Below are positions 17,421 to 21,601 of a DNA stretch of 21,601 nucleotides, piece by piece. The position numbers were made by a program, and so were the translations under genes. The stretch's first letter is position 1, and each line of letters opens with the position of its first letter. The stretch lies in contig JAUQVK010000060.1 in assembly GCA_039794845.1 (NCBI GenBank), positions 1 to 21,601 of the forward strand, given 5' to 3'. This DNA comes from Thermostichus sp. DRC_bins_24. Lineage in GTDB: Bacteria; Cyanobacteriota; Cyanobacteriia; Thermostichales; Thermostichaceae. The notes under the pieces are model-generated. The model was not told the origin of the DNA, did no database searches, and saw only the letters and a list, made by a program, of their open reading frames with translations.

Positions 17421-18236
17421 CTAGCTGAACAACCGACGGGCTAACTGCCAATGAGCCAAAGCCCCCACCCCCATCACCAGAAGGATCATCCAAACCAGCT
17501 CCAGCAACCACAGGTTAGGCAACCCCAGTGGCCAACGCACCAGATCCACTAGACTGGAGAGGGGCAGAAAACTGGCCACCCAGTTCAGGGCAACCGGCAA
17601 GTTATCCCGCGGGAAATAGGTGCCACAGAGCACAAACATCGGCACCACCAAGGTGAAGATCGGCACGTTCACCTGGTCTACTGTCGTTACAAGACCCGCC
17701 GTTAACAACCCCATGGCCGCGAACACCAAACTGCCCAGAGCCAAAATGGGCAGGGATCCCAGCAACCCCTGTAGGGGATAAAGGCCGAGCCCCACCGTCA
17801 CCAACCCCGTGACCATCCCGGAAACCAACCCACGGGTGGCCGCCCAAAACCAATCCCCCAAGAAAACTTGCGTGTAGCTGAGGGGAGCCGTGAGAAGCGC
17901 ATGCCAGGTGCGCTGGTAGTTGAGACGAATAAAGCTGCCGTAAGCCCCTTCGAAAAAGGCTTGGAAAAGGATGGCCACCGCAATCATTCCCGGCGCAATA
18001 AACTGCAGATAGGTGGCCGGCCGCCCCAAATACACCAGTTCCCCCACCAACGGGGTAAGGCCAAACCCGAAGGCCAACAGGTACACCAGCGGCTCCGTAA
18101 CCGGCGGCAGAAAGTTTACCAGCCAAGTTTTGCGATAAACCTCAGCGTGACGACGCCAGACGGAGTAAATGCCCCAGGGATCCGGCAAAGTGAAAAATTT
18201 CATGGGCTGAGCCAAAAAGGAAGGAGACGATAGCAT
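17421..18236 (-). CDS. ABC-2 type transporter permease (NodJ-like); start uncertain (18203-18266)
   Basis: EPLVYLLAFGFGL, YLQFIAPG, ALLTAPLS, LCGTYFP...LP...LPLSSLVDLVR; about six TM segments. Confidence 0.9.
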   Translation of the reverse strand: MLSSPSFLAQPMKFFTLPDPWGIYSVWRRHAEVYRKTWLVNFLPPVTEPLVYLLAFGFGLTPLVGELVYLGRPATYLQFIAPGMIAVAILFQAFFEGAYGSFIRLNYQRTWHALLTAPLSYTQVFLGDWFWAATRGLVSGMVTGLVTVGLGLYPLQGLLGSLPILALGSLVFAAMGLLTAGLVTTVDQVNVPIFTLVVPMFVLCGTYFPRDNLPVALNWVASFLPLSSLVDLVRWPLGLPNLWLLELVWMILLVMGVGALAHWQLARRLFS

Positions 18237-18367
18237 CACTGCCTCAGTTGTACAGCAGTCTCCCACACCCTCTGCGGTCGGATCCCACCATTTTGACCGT
18301 TGTTAGACTGCCAGATCGTCAGATTCATCAGATGTGGATATGAAGTCGGACAAAGGCTCTAACTGGG

Positions 18368-18586
18368 CTAGGCAGATTTGCCCATCGGAACCAAACTATC
18401 TGAGCCGAAAACAATGTGGCCCTCCGCCAGCGCTTGGCGCAATTGCCGTAACCCCTGCAGTTCAGCACTGCTGTACTGCTGATGCATTAACAGTACATCC
18501 AGATGCTGCTGTTGCCGATGAGTCAGCACCCGTGTTCGAAAGGCTTCGTCGATGATGGCCTGTACACTTCTCATGTAGAAACTCAC
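18368..18586 (-). CDS. Small hypothetical protein resembling a family of short helical cyanobacterial proteins
   Basis: 72 aa (IIDEAFRTRVLTHRQQQHLDVLL...ELQGLRQLRQALAEGHI) filling the gap between same-strand genes. It may start at 18574. Confidence 0.6.
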   Translation of the reverse strand: MSFYMRSVQAIIDEAFRTRVLTHRQQQHLDVLLMHQQYSSAELQGLRQLRQALAEGHIVFGSDSLVPMGKSA

Positions 18587-18715
18587 CCCAGCCGGGAACG
18601 CTATCTTCAGTATGGAATCCAGGGGATCCTCTAGCCTTGGCGGTTGTACGGATTTTAGAGGATCCTGATCTAAGCGATTTGGCGTATTTGTGGTGAAAAC
18701 TCTCCAGCTGGGTTT

Positions 18716-19318
18716 TTACAGGGTGTCTTTTATACGTACCCGCGATTCAATGATCATCTCCGGGATAGAGCCTAGCTCTGCAGCTTCCAAATCGTACTGC
18801 TCACACACCAGGCTAAGGCGGGATCCAGAACTTTCTAACGGCTGTACCGCATGGGTGAGATCCCCTTGAAAATAGAGCAGCGTATTCCGTTTGGGACGAA
18901 TCTGGCCCACCTGTCGCTTGCCTTGGCTGAGCACCAAAGACCCTCCCCGTAAGGGATCCGGCACCTCCACATAGAGCACGCTCACCCAAGCGGGGGGTTG
19001 AATTGTTTTGCAATAGGAGCGCAGGCTGCGATCGATGTGGGGATCCACACGGGATCCCTCGGTGAGCAGCAGGGGGTTCAAATAAAAAGCATTGCACTCC
19101 GGCAACAAGGCCCGCTTCAGGTAGGGGGCAAAAAAAGGAAACTGCTGCACCACCTGCTCCAGGCCAGAGCGACGGAAGGCCACCGAAAAGCCACGGGTAC
19201 CGACAAAATCTCGGTTCAGGTTGTTCACCCCCAAATAGGGGCAGGCGAGAATGTGCCCGCGCAAGGCTTTCAACTCATCGCCGGCCAAAACGTTGGGATG
19301 CTGGTGAAAGTAGGGCAA
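18716..19318 (-). CDS. 2OG-Fe(II) oxygenase superfamily protein
   Basis: HxD motif (PHIDRS), SVLYV, GGSL, distal His (THAV) and RxS (RLSLV). Confidence 0.88.
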   Translation of the reverse strand: MPYFHQHPNVLAGDELKALRGHILACPYLGVNNLNRDFVGTRGFSVAFRRSGLEQVVQQFPFFAPYLKRALLPECNAFYLNPLLLTEGSRVDPHIDRSLRSYCKTIQPPAWVSVLYVEVPDPLRGGSLVLSQGKRQVGQIRPKRNTLLYFQGDLTHAVQPLESSGSRLSLVCEQYDLEAAELGSIPEMIIESRVRIKDTL

Positions 19319-19445
19319 AGTGGCGTGCCAAGCAGCTTTCCCATCCTAGGCATCCGCCGCCAGAAAATCCACCCCAGGTTGAGCCAAGAACAGACAAAGC
19401 TGACGGACGTTATCTTAAAAATGGCCCCAAGTCCGGGATCCCTGT

Positions 19446-20285
19446 ATGACCACAACTTTCCCCACCCCCCCTTTGACGGTTAGCGGCGACGAGCTGGCAG
19501 AACGAGGCTGGAAAACTGAGCGCTGGGTTGATGCCGATGGGAATGAACGGTTGATTCAAGTGCCCCTGACCCCAGAGGAATTTCTGCATCCTGAGGAGGG
19601 TTACCACTTGCCCAGCAATACCTTTCACGACCGTGTCAGCAGCGATTTGAAAGACATGCTCCGGCGGCGCTATGCGGCTCAACCCGATGTGGGCGTATTT
19701 GGCGATCTCTTGATTCAGTGGGGTATTGAAGGGTTGGGAAATCATTGCCCAGATGTGTTCGTGGTGTTTGGACTTCAAGACCGGGATCGGCAGCGAGAGA
19801 GCTTTCAAGTGCTTACAGAAGGAGTTAAGCCCAGCTTGATCCTGGAGGTGGTGTCGCCCCGTTATCGAAAAGAAGACCGCCAAGACAAAGTTTGGGACTA
19901 TGCTCGGGCTGGGGTGGAAGAGTATATCATTTTCGATCGCCGCTGGCAGCGGGGGATTTGGATCGATGAAGTCTTGGGTTACCGCCTCAGACAGGGGCTC
20001 TACCTGCCGCTTACCCCAGATGAAGAGGGACTGATCCTAAGCGAACAAACCGGACTGAGAATGGGTTTACAAGAGGGCCGCGTGCTGCTGGTGGATGCGC
20101 AGACGGGGGAAAAGATACCCACCGCTCAGGAATGGGAGGCCATTGCTCTGCAGGAGCGCCAAAGAGCCGACCAGGAACGACAAAGAGCTGACCAAGAGCG
20201 CCAAAGAGCCGACCAAGAACGAGAGCGGGCGGAGCGACTGGCACAACGGCTGCAAGCCTTGGGTATTGACCCGGATAATCCCTAA
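19446..20285 (+). CDS. Uma2 (DUF820) family PD-(D/E)xK putative endonuclease
   Basis: CPDVFVVFG, ILEVVSP, K..DYARAGVEEYIIFD, then a C-terminal QERQRAD repeat tail ending RLQALGIDP. Confidence 0.92.
   Translation: MTTTFPTPPLTVSGDELAERGWKTERWVDADGNERLIQVPLTPEEFLHPEEGYHLPSNTFHDRVSSDLKDMLRRRYAAQPDVGVFGDLLIQWGIEGLGNHCPDVFVVFGLQDRDRQRESFQVLTEGVKPSLILEVVSPRYRKEDRQDKVWDYARAGVEEYIIFDRRWQRGIWIDEVLGYRLRQGLYLPLTPDEEGLILSEQTGLRMGLQEGRVLLVDAQTGEKIPTAQEWEAIALQERQRADQERQRADQERQRADQERERAERLAQRLQALGIDPDNP
20151..20234 (+). repeat. In-frame 21-bp tandem repeat (QERQRAD x3 plus one degenerate copy)
   Basis: caggagcgccaaagagccgac / caggaacgacaaagagctgac / caagagcgccaaagagccgac / caagaacgagagcgggcggag. Confidence 0.9.
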
Positions 20286-20301
20286 CAATCCCCTAACAAT
20301 C
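20280..20301 (+). repeat. Perfect 11-bp tandem duplication spanning the Uma2 stop codon
   Basis: CCCTAACAATC at 20280-20290 and again at 20291-20301. Confidence 0.85.
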
Positions 20302-20302
20302 A

Positions 20303-20884
20303 ATGACGCAACTGCACCTGCATTTGATGGAACGAAATCCCCAACGGCTGCGGATTGCTCTGCGACCGCATACCTCTAAGCAGCTTGTGTTGCGGGCGGT
20401 GGTGGGCTTGCTGCTGTTGATTTTGGGATCCCGGTTCTGGGGGCGATCCCTTTTGTTTGGGCTGATCAGCGTTGCGGCAGGGTTAGGGATCGGGATCCCT
20501 TGGGGGTTGGGCTGTACCCTCAGCCTGGATCGAGTCAGCCAAAAGGTTTCGCTGATACGGCATCGGGGCCCTTGGGGAGTGTGGCGGCAGCCGGTTTTTT
20601 CCTACCCCTTGGCCCGGTTACAAACCGTGCGCCTGCATCGCATGGGTCAAGAAGTTCTGGACAATCAAGCTCAAGACAGCTTTCAAGTGCAAAGTCAGGT
20701 GCGACTGCGGTTTCGTGGGGGAGATTTTGAACAAAAAGCTGACCAGAATCGGGTCAACGAAGAAGTGATCGCTCACTTTACCAGCCAATCGGGCCTGAAA
20801 GGGGCGGAGCCGGAGGCATTTGTGTTGTCAGAGCGTCTGGTACGTTGGATCCAGCCCTACCTGCCCCCATCCAATGGGCTTTAA
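20303..20884 (+). CDS. Hypothetical membrane protein (two N-terminal TM helices plus a beta-rich soluble domain)
   Basis: 193 aa ORF 17 bp after the Uma2 gene, with hydrophobic segments AVVGLLLLILG and LLFGLISVAAGLGIGIPWGL. Confidence 0.7.
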   Translation: MTQLHLHLMERNPQRLRIALRPHTSKQLVLRAVVGLLLLILGSRFWGRSLLFGLISVAAGLGIGIPWGLGCTLSLDRVSQKVSLIRHRGPWGVWRQPVFSYPLARLQTVRLHRMGQEVLDNQAQDSFQVQSQVRLRFRGGDFEQKADQNRVNEEVIAHFTSQSGLKGAEPEAFVLSERLVRWIQPYLPPSNGL

Positions 20885-21051
20885 CCGTGAGCTACCTGGG
20901 GTTACCCGTTTCTGTGGGCGGTTTGTCAACCGCAGTTCCCCTGAAGCTTATTGATGAGAAATTGATAATGATCGTGAAGGTTGCTCGGCACCCTTAAAGG
21001 TGTGTTGAGAATGGATTCATCATGGATTGAGACCCTGTGCGAGCCGACTGG

Positions 21052-21601
21052 ATGGTTGATTTTAATGTGCTACCCGATTGGATTTTTGTCATCCTCTGGG
21101 GGCTTTCACTGGCGGCGGTGGCCTACTGGCAAAAACAGCAGCTAAAACGCACTCAGGAAGGGTTCCCCGACCTAATCACGTTGGCGCGGGCAGATACCAC
21201 GGTGCTGGAGTGCAACAGCGCCTACCAACAGCTACTGGGCGATTGGCGAGGCAGACGGTGGATCGAGGCGGTACCTCTTGCAGAGCGAGCCCAGGTACAA
21301 GAAAAGCTAGCCCAACTGACCCCAGAGCAGCCAACCTTCACCTCCGTCAATTCCTTGCCGGATGCTAAAGGGGAAATACGCTGGTTTGAATGGGTGAATC
21401 AGGGCATTTTCGACCGGCGTGGGCAGTTGCAGCGGATTCAAGCAGTTGGCCGGGATGTGACCCAACAAAAGCGGCTGGAACGAGAACTGAAAGAGCAAGA
21501 AGAACGGTTTCGTGCCCTGATCGAAAATAGCCACGACATCCTTCACTACGTGGATGCTGAAGGTCGGCTGTATTGCCTTAACCCGAAAGCACCAGAGGCG
21601 A
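21052..21601 (+). CDS. PAS/PAC domain sensor protein, 5' part only (absent from the ORF track because its stop lies outside the window)
   Basis: Manual translation: MVDFNVLPDWIFVILWGLSLAAVAYWQ (TM)...GEIRWFEWVNQGIFDRRGQLQRIQAVGRDVTQQKRLERELKEQEERFRALIENSHDILHYVDAEG. This is a PAC motif, a coiled linker and the start of a second PAS. Confidence 0.88.
   Translation, partial: MVDFNVLPDWIFVILWGLSLAAVAYWQKQQLKRTQEGFPDLITLARADTTVLECNSAYQQLLGDWRGRRWIEAVPLAERAQVQEKLAQLTPEQPTFTSVNSLPDAKGEIRWFEWVNQGIFDRRGQLQRIQAVGRDVTQQKRLERELKEQEERFRALIENSHDILHYVDAEGRLYCLNPKAPEA

Larger units (their letters stand above)
46..20499. repeat. Highly iterated palindrome GGGATCCC dispersed across the window
   Basis: Copies at e.g. 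46, 1015, 10042, 11831, 13141, 13381, 19051 and 20492, roughly 20 or more by eye. About one or fewer would be expected by chance for an 8-mer in 21.6 kb. Confidence 0.9.

Noticed and set aside
20151..20234. Tandem repeats next to a nuclease-like gene as a possible CRISPR array
   Set aside because: The repeats are contiguous, in frame, vary at synonymous positions and have no spacers; no cas genes are present.
21011..21145. Short ORF starting at ATG 21011
   Set aside because: It overlaps the PAS sensor start in another frame and has no supporting features.

Overview
GC-rich bacterial chromosomal DNA. The dense GGGATCCC palindromes and the gene content suggest a thermophilic hot-spring Synechococcus (Thermostichus)-type cyanobacterium. 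The genes are mostly housekeeping or conserved: a DacB-like gene (partial), MarR, a D-Ala-D-Ala dipeptidase, a DUF948/YtxH pair, priA, a long coiled-coil protein, TolC, a class I-alpha DAHP synthase, folB, miaE, a sensor kinase, a CBM20-SGNH-DUF1796 fusion, an HExxH membrane protein, an ABC-2 permease, a 2OG-Fe(II) oxygenase, a Uma2 protein and a partial PAS sensor. The stand-out observation is not in the ORF track. Upstream of the DAHP synthase lies a 24-codon leader ORF (9703-9777, MSLRAAFFGYFTFPWHRPGQMGDA) with six Phe/Tyr/Trp codons in nine positions. It is followed by mutually exclusive antiterminator and terminator hairpins, which fits a ribosome-mediated transcription attenuator sensing all three aromatic amino acids. 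Secondary findings include a DacB homolog lacking its catalytic SxxK motif, a probable glycosidase gene relic, an internal domain duplication in the fusion protein and an FtsZ-tail-like C-terminus on the coiled-coil protein. All calls come from reading the sequence; no database searches were run.
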